From assembly GCA_051362555.1 (NCBI GenBank), contig CM120641.1, positions 41,422,401 through 41,486,400 on the forward strand: a stretch of 64,000 nucleotides of DNA, written 5' to 3'. The translations under genes and the position numbers were made by a program. This document shows positions 21,256 through 44,016 of this stretch, in pieces. The notes beneath the pieces were generated by a model that did not search any database, was not told where the DNA came from, and was given only the letters and a program-made list of their open reading frames with translations. Position 1 is the stretch's first letter, and every line of letters begins with the position of its first letter. Origin of the DNA: Lingula anatina (Eukaryota; Animalia; Brachiopoda).

Positions 21256-24200
21256 CTTCGCTTTTGGCGCCGGGAAAAACTGTGCCAAGGTTTTTATACT
21301 GTCACCTCGGCATCTGATTGGGTTAGATTTACCTTCATTTCTTTGAAACTCAGAGACGTTGTCGAAGAAAAAACGAACGAACAAAATAACAACAACGAAA
21401 GTTCATTTATTTTATTAGTTGAAGTGTATTCTGAAATATCTGTATGATTTGTTTTTAATGTCATCGCTTCAGTGTCAAGAAAATAGAGGGGGATATCACC
21501 CATGTCGAAGCACTTTTCGAGGGTAATTCCCATGGAGAAACTCGCGCTGGGAATTTCCAGTTTGACCTACTTAAAAAAGCCAGTGCAAAATGCGGAAAAA
21601 CGCAGTACTTGGATCTTAAATAATAAATATTTTGCTTGACCTATCTTTAAGAAATAATTAAATAAATTGTTAAAGCACACAAGACTTTATTTCCTGTCAT
21701 GAATTTTGATAATGAAGAATTTTATGAGGAAACTGTTCGCTCCAATCCTTTATTTTGATGTATTATCTCGCCTCAGGAGAGAGGAGTGTTCCGAGTGTTG
21801 AATTAAGTCACAATTTTGACAAGGATTCGATTCTTATTCAAATCGTATTCGTTTCAATAGCTTCAAGAATACCAGGAATCGTTTTTAATGAATCGAAGTT
21901 GAAAAATTTTCGACGTTGAATCCTTTCGAGAATACCGTCCCAGATCTGTTTGTGCTACTACTACTAGTACCTGCCTCGCAGTTCTGAGTCTCTGTACAAG
22001 TTTCATCATCATATCTTTCATCATACAGTCTGTTCATCACATTCATGATGCTCCTCACTAAATTCATCATATACACCATACATGTACTGTTTCTCCAAAG
22101 TATCCATGCGTGCCACGACGCTGTTAATTTTGGTTTCCTATCTCTGCATCGTTTCTTGTGTATTATAGCACAGGGCCATGGCAAATCAACTCACCTTTGT
22201 AATTGAACTGTTATCTGTCACCACACTAGCTTGTAAACCCGTCACACTCAGCTCACACGACGTCTTCACAAAGAGAACCTTTCAATATGGCGCCCCCTCT
22301 TGTAAGACACACGCACAATGTCGTGCGTGCGCACCTCACTGTAGGTCATAGATGTGCCTTCGCTACATCTGCCTCCGGCCTAGGTCAGAACTACCACAGC
22401 GACCTCTGACCCCAGGCACTACTATAATTTTCATGATAGAAAGATATTCATTGCTGTTTCTCTTATCACTAGATTTGGCTTTGACAGTGTTATCTTGTTT
22501 CCCTTTTACTGTTCTTGTTTTCATTTGATTTACCCTCACTTCCTCATCACTCTTATCTAACACGGGTTTTGAAGGGCCCGGTGAATTAATAGCACTGCTT
22601 CACGTGCTTTCTGTCACCATCTTGATTCCAAGTTTGGCATGCAGCGAGCTATTATCAACTTTGATTCATACAAGTGTGTAACTAAGTTACAAAATCAATA
22701 TATTTCCCATAAAAGTTTGCAACTCCATTGCAAAATAATGTATAACTACTCAAGCAACAAACTGCGTTTGTTTTTTGACTGATTTTGATAGCAAATATAT
22801 CGCATCAATTTAGGCTGTCACAGCCGCATGTCACAAGCTGAGTACGCATACGCTAGCATATCTCACTTAAGAATGTCCAGTATTTTTATACGAAATAGAA
22901 TTTAGCTCTAAAAACTATGCAAAAACATGAGAATAATCCAAGTCATGAAAGAATGCTCTCAAGTTTTCGCACACCCATGATGCTTCCAGTATGCATTCAC
23001 TATCGCACAGGATCCAGCATGTAGTATTGATAGGATAGAATAATAATGGATGAATGAAAAAGAAACCTTGCTGACTATATAATGCTATATATACCCAATG
23101 AATGATTTGACAGTAAAAATAGAAGCATGGATGATATGCCAATGGGATAGTGTAGAACATGTAAAACAAAATGAGACAGTGGAAAACAACTGAAGGCAGA
23201 AAACACAAGACATTGGTCCACAGGACGGGCAAAGGATTGAATGAATATTTAATAACCCACACAATGACAATTACTTTTACAAAAGTTGATGTAATTTTGG
23301 AGGATGTGAGGAAGTTGTAACAAAAATAACTTTTTATGAAATAAATATTGTTATTATTAGTTATTAGTGTTCTAATGAATTAATTTTGTCTGCACAAATA
23401 ATTTTTGGAATTCAACTGATTACATACACACACTGTATAATGTACTTTGATCTGCCTGTATATCATCCATTCTCATCAGCCTTTGTCCATATCCTTAACA
23501 GCACTGTTGCATCTGTTGTTGGCTATAAACTTCCAAACTGCATTTTTTGTTTTCATCTTAATTTCAGTTGAAGTATTTTGCAAAATGCATCAAAATGTAA
23601 ATATATTACGAGTTCGTCAAAAAATGTTTAGTAGCTGCCTCATTTTTGTAGCACAGAAAGCAAGCAGAAAAATCCACTCAAATATCATTTTTGGGGTAAT
23701 ATGAAACAATGTCCTTTGGTATTTCTCGAAGTTATGCTATTTGAAACTATATTGTGCCATTTGGTTGGCTTTTGTAACAACAAAAGTTGACTTCAAATGC
23801 ATCTTTTAAGTAAGTAAAATGATTTATTTACACAGCACAATGAAACATTTTGTTTATATACAAACAGTAGTTTGAGCTTGCAACTTTTTTTACAATGAAA
23901 AGCTTTCTTTGGGCGAATTGATTATCTTTGGACAAATCATGTTTTGCAACTATGTATCTGAAAAATTACTTGATACAACAATAAACACAAAAAAAAAATT
24001 AATGAAAAATTCTTTATAAATAAATTTTGATGCATTTTTTTACATCTAGAAAATGTTTGCAAGTAAAAGTTACGGTAACCTCTTACAGTACCTCTTACTA
24101 GTTATCAAAAAGTCTGAAATTTCTTCTGCCCATGGATCATGGGACTGACATTTTTTTAGGTTTCTAAAGGTGCTCACTTATCCCATTTCTATATTGGAAT

Positions 24201-24350
24201 AAAATGGAATGATTTACATTTGTACGTCTACAGAACTAATTTTCTCCCTGCTTTTTTTCTGAGTTCACTATGACTTAAGATAATAATGTCAGTGTCAGAA
24301 CTATCCACGGACTCCATCTTAACAGTATTTATATTGGCTGTGGTTCTGGC

Positions 24351-33709
<9,359 letters not shown>

Positions 33710-34020
33710 TTTGCACCGATATTCTTTTAACGACAACAATCAAGTTGGATTAATTAGGCGCCCTCATAAGCTTCTCCGGCTTTAGTTGTGTTTTCAATCT
33801 CCCGTTTGAGTAGCAGCTGGGGGAGAGGTGATAATATCAGCCGCTTCTCAAGTCAAGGCACTAAGCTTGTTTCTCGTCGTCAGGAATGCAGCCTCGTTTT
33901 CAAATCAGGTTTGAATAAGTACGCATGTGCACGATAAATAGGTCGTGATTTCCGGTTAAAGTGGTTGAGGAGGGTGGGTTGCCTCACGTTTCGACCTTGC
34001 AAGCTAGGTATTTATCTCAG
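33710..34020. promoter_or_regulatory. Putative bidirectional promoter/5' UTR region of TTC26 and ELOVL (ELOVL non-coding exon ends at the CAG|GTAAGG donor, 34020/34021)
   Basis: Head-to-head genes with a CpG-richer interval containing an ETS-like TTCCGGT (~33950) and an NRF1-like ACGCATGTGCA (~33921). Motif function is inferred. Confidence 0.5.
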
Positions 34021-34276
34021 GTAAGGCCTCATAACAAACTGTACTTTAAACTCTCGAGGCTATGTGAGATAGTGGAAGTATCTTTTGGTGTAAATTTTAA
34101 TAAAAAAAGTGCTATTGGTGTGCGTGAATAAAACGAAACTGTAGCCTTGTAAGTAACCCACCGCATGAAGATTCAGTGCTTCACTCTTGAAACTTCATGC
34201 TTGGCGACCTGACGCAAAATGCATCACGTCTCTGTGAATTAATATATTTTTGTTTATTTTTATTGCTCATTGAAAG

Positions 34277-35489
34277 ATGGCATCAGAAGCAGATATAGGG
34301 CCGGGCAATGAATCCAGCATTGGGGCGGGGAGTGTGCAGTTGAAGGGATATATGAACTTTATAAACAAAGTTCTTCATCTGCCATCCATGCCTATATTCT
34401 GCGTCTATATCATACTCGTTGTGTTCAGGTCAAAATGGCAGCAAAATACAAAACCTTTAACACTTCGTCCGGTAAGTATATGTATGAATTGGCATGACTT
34501 TGCGTCTGTAAATATCCTGCAAAGTTACCTATCTTTTTCAATTCAGACCTGATAACCATATCTAAAAGATGGTTGAAGCTAACATTTTTTTCTGAATTAA
34601 CAATATAAAAATCAATGTTCTTGACCACAGTGTACCTTAAAAGGGTGCATCTTACAATTACATTAAACAAAACCAGTTATAAACACCTATTATACACTGT
34701 AAAACACCTTCTTACATTTTCTAAAATATCAGGAAGATATAATGGTTATCTAAGTGACTGCTTTAGGCCATCTTGGATGATTTCTGTTACTCCTACATCA
34801 TTTACCTTAACCATTTGTCTACTTTGACACAATGAGTTTTCTTATTCATTTAAGATCACAACCTTCAGCTTTTTTTAAAATGAATATTGCATTTAATTAC
34901 ATAACATATTTTCTTTTATTTTTAGGTGTTGGTGCTTTACAACTTAGTTTGCTGTCTATTAAGCTCAGTAACATTATTAGGATTCATGTATGGATTGCTA
35001 CATAGCCCTCACATCTATGACAAATCCCCAAGCCACTTACTGGCCCCATTCTACTTCACATACTGGATCACCAAGACCATTGAGCTACTAGACACAGTGT
35101 TCATGATTCTACGCCATAAGCAGCGACAGATTTCCTTCCTCCACGTGTACCATCACAGCTCCATGTTGCTACTCAGTGACTTTGCCTATCGTTATGTTCC
35201 GTGGCCTGCCATTGCTCCTATTCTTGCCATTAACTCATTTGTACATGTAGTACTATACTTCTATTATGGTATGACAGCCTGGCATCCCAATATCTCATTA
35301 GAGTGGAAAAAGAATCTCACACAACTACAGATACTGCAGTTTTTCATAGATTTTGTCTTTGCGGGTGTAGGTTATGTTTACCATGGTTTCTGTATTTATG
35401 GATTTTTATATGGATTGGGCATGACATCACTTTTCATGAATTTTTACCATAAGGCATATATACATAAAAGGCCTGCTAAGTCTGAGTAA
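34277..35489 (+). CDS. ELOVL: Fatty acid elongase (ELOVL/GNS1-SUR4 family), two coding exons 34277-34471 and 34926-35489, 252 aa
   Basis: Motifs KTIELLDT (KxxExxDT), QISFLHVYHH (HxxHH box), NSFVHVVLYFYY, TQLQILQF, hydrophobic helices and a basic C-terminus KRPAKSE. The phase-0 GT-AG intron is consistent. Subfamily not assigned. Confidence 0.93.
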
Positions 35490-37731
35490 TTAGTAAATAA
35501 TATCAATAGTTTTAGGTATCTTATTAGAGGTGGTGGATTTAACACAGCGTGGTTATAAATATTATAATTATTTTTATTTTAGAAAATTATGTGTATTATT
35601 TAATGCATAGTAGCATTTAATCTGTAATAGCAGGCAGTCATTCCAGTTCTCAATATTCCACTGTGACAGTCTCAGAGATTGAGTCAGTTCGTTTCATATA
35701 TGTTATACGTATAAAATGAAAAAAGGAATTTGAAAAAGTCACATAATTTCTATTATTCCATTGCTATTATTTTTACTGAACATTTTAGACATACGTTAGT
35801 GGCTCTTCAGAGTGATAATTATATTCTGTATATTGGTGCTGTATCACATGATAAGGGATTTTTGCTTTTTAAGTTTGTGTTTGTGAAGGAGTGGAAGCAC
35901 TTTTTGCTCACACCTCATTTCATAGTGGGTTGGGCTGTAGACCTCTCTAGACAAGTCCTTCACTGCATGAATTTAAAGAAAGCAGCAGCTTTTGAACCTT
36001 CCATTGTGTAATAATTATAAAGGTGAGGATTTTTGGTAGATAACAGTTGAGTATTGATGAATTAAGTTGCCATCAATCCATTAACTACTTAACATGCCCT
36101 GTTAGAAAAGTTTTTACATTTTGTATGGAATGCTAAAAAACAAGATTTTGGTGAAGGTTTTGTGTGTCTATAGATTATATCAATTCATATATTTATATAT
36201 TTGTTATAAATAAATATATAATATTGTTTTTAATTATTGAGGTACTTTAAGTTATGCATTTCTCCGTCTCATTTAGTTATGATGGTGATGTAAACTATGT
36301 ATATGTACAAATTTTTGGTCTGTGCATTGTTGTCAGGATATATGCACACAGAACTCTGCCAAACCAACCTACTAGTAGACATTCCAGTGTTATAATGGAA
36401 TTGGTACACAGATCATGAAAGGTGAATTAAATGCATATGTCATACTGGTGGCCAGTCAGTTTATGATGAGGGGTCTATCCACATTGTTGACAGCTCTATG
36501 TACAATTTTTGTTTAGGTTTTCCACTTTATAAATTGATGATATTACTTTTAATAAAAGCAAATATTCAGACATGAAATGAATATGTGTGTGTGTTGCCAT
36601 CTGGTATCATGTATTTGTTTCCCTGTAACATTGCTGCAACAGTACCTGTAATTTCTTTTGTACACTTAATTGATTAAAAGCACACTTCTAAGAATTATTT
36701 TATTTATGCATATAATGAGACTATCTGTGCCTTTTAATCGTAAATATGGTATCAGAAGCAGCTGCAGTGTATCTCATTACTCATATTAAGGAAATATGCA
36801 TTATTAATTGCAATAGGGCACACAAGCGAGATCTGAAGTTTGCGGGATTCCAATATGTTTCATCACTTCCAGGAACAAGTAAGATTTTACTCATGGTTTG
36901 GTTGGTCTAATCGACAGTGACTTCAGTTGTCAACATGGTTTTCTGGTTTGTTTTTGGGTGTACCTAAGTAGCTAGGGAAAGTGTTTATTTTTTTGGTTCC
37001 CTGTGGATAAACTCAAACAAGGCAAATGTGCAAATGGGAAAGACAGTGTTGGTAGGCTTTATTTGGCAATCATAATAATGAACCGAGGATGTGCAAAGTT
37101 GTGTTGTCATGATACATTGCATGGTAACACTTATATACATGGTATTATTGTGCACATGCAAATGAGACTTCAGTGCCCTATTATTTATGCAGAATGTGAT
37201 CTTGCAAAGACCGAGTATATGTTTACTGCCCCAGACTTGAGTGCCTGTATACTTTGTATGCACATTTCATTCTGTCATTTTCTATGGCAGCATTGTTGTT
37301 AATCTCACATGAATAAAATTTTTATCTTTTATAAATGTTGGATCTCAATTGTTTTTAATGGAGATTTGTGACAGAAAACATCCTAAAAGGTATACTGTGC
37401 GCTTTTTTAAAGTTCCCCAAAGTCACGTTCATAAATATTCTGCAAAGCTCCAAACGTTTCTCAATTCAGACCTTAAAAACTGAAACTTCCGACGTCGAGA
37501 ATTACTTATAGGAAGACATGGTGTTCAAAATGCCCGTAATTTAGAACTAAATCATGGAATCCAAAAACAGGAATTGAGCAATGATTATCAAGTAGCAGAA
37601 AATTGTTTTTTCCCTGTAGAAAATTCATTTTGGCGGGTATATCGTATATATAGCTCTTCTAACTCCATCCATCACTTGAACACGTTGAATTCATACACAT
37701 AGCGGTTTGTCGAGTTTTACTTTCGATTGGT

Positions 37732-40700
37732 CTAATTCCCAAACATGTTCACAAATTCTTTTATTCTCTCCAAAGTGACCTTCACATTCTCTTTGTAAAA
37801 ACCTGAAAAAAATAAAAAGAAAGTTATTACCAATTGCGGACCCAGACCTTAGGGGAGCGCACAGAAGGCACGGCCACTCCCTTAACTTGGCCCCCCACCC
37901 CAAGATCCCCCCGTGGGCAGCAGTGATAACAATTGTAACATGAAACACATATAAAAATGTTTTTTAAAGATCTTTGAGGTGTGCGTGTAAGAGAGAGAGA
38001 GAGAGTGAGAGAGAGAGATGTCCAACTGATACCTACATGGGAAACTCAAGTAAGCGTGCATTACTCCTTCCACCTTCATTATTTCTGTATGTACACCGGC
38101 TGCTTTCAATTTCTCGGCGTACTCTGAAAATACACATCCATACAACACGAATATACAGTACTCCATGTTAGATATCAATTTTGGTTGGTGTCAGATGGCA
38201 ATTTTGATCAAGTTTCGTTGTCACATTTACATGAATATTTATGAGTCTTTAACACAGGCCTATCCTGTGCACTTTTTTCTTCGACTTGACTTGGGCCTCG
38301 AATACCGTAACACTCGTTTCCAAACGACAAGGGTTGTAATAGAAGTAATGATATGGTGCGTGTTAACTTTTTACATGAATGACCGGAATGTTTTACCCGT
38401 GAACGTGTGGCTCACCAAACATATCATTCTCCTTGGTTTCCTAATAGTCGTGGTGATTATAGGGATCGGACGGGGCAGAGGAAAAAAAAGAGACAAAAAT
38501 GTTTCCGTTCCCTTTGCATGTTTGTCTGCAAAAGGGAGGTAACGGACCCTAATCGTGGTTAAAACCAGGGGTAAAACTGTGACTGATTCATTGTGACAAG
38601 ATGTGACGCAGTGTGTTGAGAATTGCCAAAGCATTGAATAGCAAGGCATGTTCGGATTATCCGATAATTCTTGGACGATTGAAATGTATTTTATTCGTCC
38701 AAGGATAAGTTTACCTATTCCTTCGTCCACTAAGACATCGTGACTTGCGACCACACACATGGCAGGAGGCAGATTCTCCAACTGAGGTCTTAGCAACGGG
38801 GAGGACCTGGGGTCACTTCGCTCAGCGACAGAACCGAAAGCAAGACTGGCAAACCTATAGATAACGGAGTTGTGTTACATAAGTCTTATGTTGCTGAATT
38901 GGAAAGCAAAATGTATTACAACATTACAACATTTAATTTGGGTCTGATCGTGTTCGGTAATGGTGTTAAATTAAACACAATATGAGCGCACTGATCACCT
39001 GCACACAAAAAGCAACACCAATTTTGACAGATCTGTGCTGAATTTTAAATTTGATTATAATACACTTTTGTTTTAGAAATAATACTGTACCATTCCATCT
39101 GTTTTGTAGACAAGAAGTACCCCTCTTTGTAGCGTTTGTAGGAATCTTTGTTCAGTCTCCAGTCCGTAACTGGGTAGAGCAATACCTGCATATGTGAGGT
39201 AAAATTACTTGACAACTTGATTACTTGAATTGAACAAAATCTAGGTTACAAAGTACGACAAAGATGAAAATAATAATAATAGGCCTGTCAGATCGGGAAT
39301 CTAATGCAAAACGTCATCTGTTGGAGTTGACCCTTACTTCAGTAAGTGATATGTAATAAACGTATTCATGTTTATAGAATACATGATAAACAATTTCTAC
39401 AACGGGAATCAGAGACATGCTTCCTTATATTCACGCTTCTCCTTACTTAGGAGCTACACATTTTCAATTTAAGATATTTTAAAATTCGAAAAGTTTTTTT
39501 ACAGGAGTTATGACAGGTGCCCATTTAGCTACATGTATATTTAGTGCATTTATTGTGCACCAATCACTCTTAAAAGATTTTAGGCCATTATCACAAAGTC
39601 GACTTTATGTTGTCTATAAGCGTAGCCCAAGAACTTTGCAGAATATTTGTTAAACAGGTCCCGCACTTTTCTTGTTTTTACCTGAAACGCCAGTCCCGGT
39701 ATCTCATAGGCAGTTGTCGTCGCGAGTTGGCCTCCTACGCTGTCACCAATGGTGCCCACTTTGCTTGATTTACTGCCACCTGTTTGGGTATTTTCATCAA
39801 AATCATTTTTCTGTTGCTTCAGAATGAATAACGGCTTTTAAATCCTGTTTTTATCTTGAAGCCATAATTATGCTCTTTTAAGTACAAATGATTACGAAAA
39901 TGATATGAAAAAAAAACCCTTTTATAATGAATTTTCAATATTTAGAAAAATACATACCAATTAACTCCTTATTTTCCATCACCCAATTTACAGCTACTTT
40001 TGAGTCTTCTAGCTGTGCAGGAAACTTGTTCTCTGGCGCCAGGCGATAGTCTACATTCGCCACTATGCACCCCGTAAAACTAAAGCAAAACCGATTGTTA
40101 CCATAAACATCTTTTTTATAAAAATTCGGCATACGTAATTTTAACGTAATGAATAACTAGAATAGGTGATGTCTTCCAATCTCTGAAACATGTGTGTAAA
40201 AAAGGCAAATTTAGCTCATTTTTTAAGAAAATTTGAAATTTCGAAAATTCAAAATTTTAAAGGTACATACGAACCGAGCATCGGTGGAGTGTGGATTCCC
40301 AGTAACACATGTAAACCACTTCTACTAGATTCTTATATGACTCAAATAAATTTGACATCTCGAGGGATTAACTGAATAGATCACTCAATCAGCCATAAAA
40401 GACCTTAAGACTGCTCCTTTCTTTAAATTTATGGTTGTAAATTTAACCTACTTCCGTGACCTACTTTCCTGCCCCATTGACATACAGCTTAGAATGCCAG
40501 CAGAAAAATCTGTTCAAACATCATTTTCGGGTTAAATTAAACAATGCCTTTTGGTAATTCTCTTAGTTATACTACTTGAAACTATATGCTGGCATATGGT
40601 TGGTTTTTGTGACAAAAAATTGACTTTGTATGCATCTTTAATATTATTTTTCTAATTTTTTAAAGCCAGCAAAAATGTTGAATTATCAAGATATGATATT

Positions 40701-41853
40701 TAACAATATATGAAAATGAGAAGTGCACTATTATCTACTTTTATGGTTTATAAGCTCAAGATCTGGATTCTGCCATCTTGGGTGGAAAATTTTTAAGTGC
40801 TGTTACCAGGACGACCGAAGGTTATACGAAGAAACCAATATTCATTGTGTTAATTGGCTTGGGGCTATAATGAACAAACACACCAATTTTTATCAACACG
40901 CGCGCGCGCGCGAGCGCGCACGCACGCACAGAGAGAGAGAGAGAGAAATGTACTCACTCAGCCATCATGTGCATCAAGATTTCATGGGTCCTTGTGGAAC
41001 AGACGACGAACCCCCCACCATGAAAAAATACCAGTATAGTTGGACTGGGAGGACAAGGCTTGGGTCGGTACACCCATAACGGAATTCCACCTGAAACGGG
41101 CACATATATCCCTAATACCAAGGGGGCTGTACTCCCTAGGCAAATGAACGTTGAATAGGCTGTTGAGTATTGGTATTTGGTTCGTTTTTCGAACATAAAG
41201 ACAAAGAACATTCGAAATAATTTGTGCGCGGAGTAACTACATAGTATAACTTACTTTGTCCCAAACATCAAACGTGTGTCTGAAGTGCGGCATAGATACT
41301 GAGCTATTAGACATTCTGATGTAAATGTGCATAACCTCCAGTAATGGGAAAGTTCGCTGAATGCGCACTTAAGTCGGGGCATTTAGTAGGTCAGTGCCCG
41401 GGCTTTTTTTATGGGAAACTATAGGTGAAAAGTACATTATGCATTACATGTAACTATACGTGTACATGTTATTTTGACAAATGCCAAGATTCCCTTCTGT
41501 TATCTACCTGTAGTTACACACCTTGCTCTTCTGGATTGCCATTTCAACCTCCTTGAGCATTGTATGTTTGGTTGTCTCAAATACCGTGCCCGAGATCCCA
41601 GATCCCAAAACATTCTCATCTACATGTATGACCTACCTTGGCTATGAGGTGATGGGACCGTGTATATCTGCTTTTCTCCTTTATACTCATAGTTGGCTGC
41701 CTGGGTGGTTTCTGCGCACAGTGCCTCGACGATCGCTCGCGATTCCTCTGTTGTGTCTGCGTCTTCGTAATTCTTTCCCCCTTTCTCAGCCCCTGCTCGA
41801 AGCATGAGCTGCGTCTCGGGGTGAAGCTGATCGATGTCTGCCGGTAACGACAT
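37732..41853 (-). CDS. HSL-family alpha/beta-hydrolase (carboxylesterase, Abhydrolase_3), paralog 1; 8 exons (41853-41637, 41090-40958, 40079-39958, 39779-39682, 39185-39091, 38854-38715, 38123-38037, 37802-37732)
   Basis: [13 protein letters not shown]...FFHGGGF...NVDYRLAPENKFPAQLED...GDSVGG...LLYPVTD...[28 protein letters not shown]...EGVMHAY...FGN*. The oxyanion HGGG, nucleophile Ser, Asp and His are all present. Confidence 0.92.
40261..40637. mobile_element. Non-autonomous DNA transposon with TTAA TSD (Kolobok-like), copy 1
   Basis: TTAA|AGGTACATAC ... GTATGCATCT|TTAA; homologous along its length to 43048-43398. Confidence 0.75.
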
Positions 41854-42439
41854 GGTGGATTAGGTGAGCGGCTAGTTAATCAGTTACGTTTACTGACGCA
41901 AAACGAGACTGGGCTAGGTGCTGTCTGAATGAACAGAGGTACCGGTAAATTAAACTGAGTGGCATGCAAGTCTTTGCCTTTTATGTTTTTTTTTGTTGAA
42001 AAGTTAGTACACTCAAAATAATACGGGAACGGAGAAACTTCACATCTTGGCAAATTTTACCATAAGATATGGCACAGGTGAGCTTCTGAAGCACACTTAA
42101 ATCAGGTTTTCCAATAGCTTAGCAGATGTGCGATAATTTCTGGGTACATTGCGAAAAAAAGAGCCCAGAAATATGCGGTAATACGTACTCCGTGCAATTA
42201 TTTTTTGAGTGTACTTTGTGTCTTTACATATACGAATAAAGACAAGATTTAGGCAAGATTTAGGCCCACCTACCATTCAGGGAACTTCCATATAACGACC
42301 TTGATATTTTCTGTTTTTGATATCGCTGTTTGTTTTCAGATACTGGCCCAGTGCTCTAGCAGCTGAGCTGGCTGTGTCTATTTAGTTTATATGCCAAGTG
42401 TCCTGATAGGGCATTGCAGGCACTTTTGACGTCTACGCA

Positions 42440-42474
<35 letters not shown>

Positions 42475-43047
42475 ATATTCCTTCAAGGTACAGGACGTAT
42501 AGTAGGTTCTCGTTATTCATACATTAATTTAGTCATTGCGTATTTCAGTTAACGGATATGTCAGCAAAGTACCAAAAATTTTAAGACAAAAAATGGTTGG
42601 AGATATGTCGCTCTATTTAAGGTCCAGTCACTGTTTTATTCCTCGAAAATTAATATTATAATATTTTTTATTTTTAAATAACCAAGTCAATCTGACTTAG
42701 TGGGTATTTCGATTATTTTGCAGCTAATCATTATTGCAAAAGTTTTAAACACGACTTGATTATCTTCCAAAGATTATTAATTTCAAATCTATCAATTCTA
42801 TTTCTAACAGACTCCAAAATCAGTCTGAAACTGTAAAATGAAAAAATTCACATATTACATACACTGGGACTATACGTATCTAATTGAAGATATTCTAAAT
42901 GTATATGTTGATAACTCTGTAGGCCTATGTTTTGTATGGCGCATTCACGTATCACATCAGTGTATCATGTATGAAGTTATGCAAATTCAAAAATAAAGCA
43001 GTCATTATCGTCAACTAACGGCTGTTGTTGAAAATGATAACCTTTAA

Positions 43048-43398
43048 AATTACATACGAACCGAGCATCATTGGAGCGTGGATTCCCATTAACACATATA
43101 AACCACTTCTACTATTTTTTTATACGACTCAAATAAATTCGACATGCAAAGGGATAAACTGAATAGATCACTCGATCAGCCGTAAAAGAGCTTTAAACTG
43201 CTCCTTTCTTTAATTTTTTTTTGTCAAAAATTTAACCTACTTTCGTGACCTACTTTTCTCCCCCATTGACATTACATGACATTACATTTCAGGTAAAATT
43301 ATACAATGCCTTTTGGTAATTCTCTTAGTTATACTACTTGAAACTATATGCTGGCATTTGGTTGGCTTTTGTGGCAAAAATTGACTTTATATGCATCT
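43048..43398. mobile_element. Non-autonomous DNA transposon with TTAA TSD (Kolobok-like), copy 2
   Basis: TTAA|AATTACATAC ... ATATGCATCT|TTAA. It is absent from the paralogous position at ~53825 (AACCTCAAATATTCGAT), which is the empty site. Confidence 0.8.
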
Positions 43399-44016
43399 TT
43401 AATAATCGATGTCTATCCACAGCATCTTCCTCAGGAAATGAGGCTATCCAGGCGAATAACCTCTATCCATGAGATACCAAGCAAATCCAGTCCTTACAGG
43501 CGGATACAAGGGTAATAGACCAAAAACTGTAAACAAATTGGCTAGGCGTTTATTTGTAAAATAACCATGGATATGCTTCTTTTACGTGGCATGATTTAAC
43601 AATCCACCAAACAGAAGTTCTGTGTAACAAATATTTATATAGTTGTTAATGGGTTAAATAATATTCAAAGAGGGAAAACTAAACAACTTTAACCAAATGT
43701 CTGAGATGGCTAATCTCTGCACTGTGAGCCTCATCAAAAAAGTCCACAATAATAACCGCGGCCCTGGTTGAGGGTAGGTTAACAGCCTGATGCAGATTTG
43801 CTCTGAATATAACATTAATCAATTGTAACATCTATCCAAAGTGCAAAATCATCCAAAACAATAATGAACTTGCAGTGTATGTTCTTGTTAGAACACAATC
43901 GAAAGTCCAATGGTAGTGTACTTTGGGGATCGTTTTCGCTTCAAAAATTCCCCATAGTTTATTCTATTTTTGCATTTTTTGAAGGAGAGGGACTTGTCTA
44001 GGAGTAGCAACATAGT

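Noticed and set aside
21700-22700. Further LTR/UTR or transposon fragment
   Set aside because: CpG-rich and TE-like, but I found no terminal repeat pair, TSD or protein motif.
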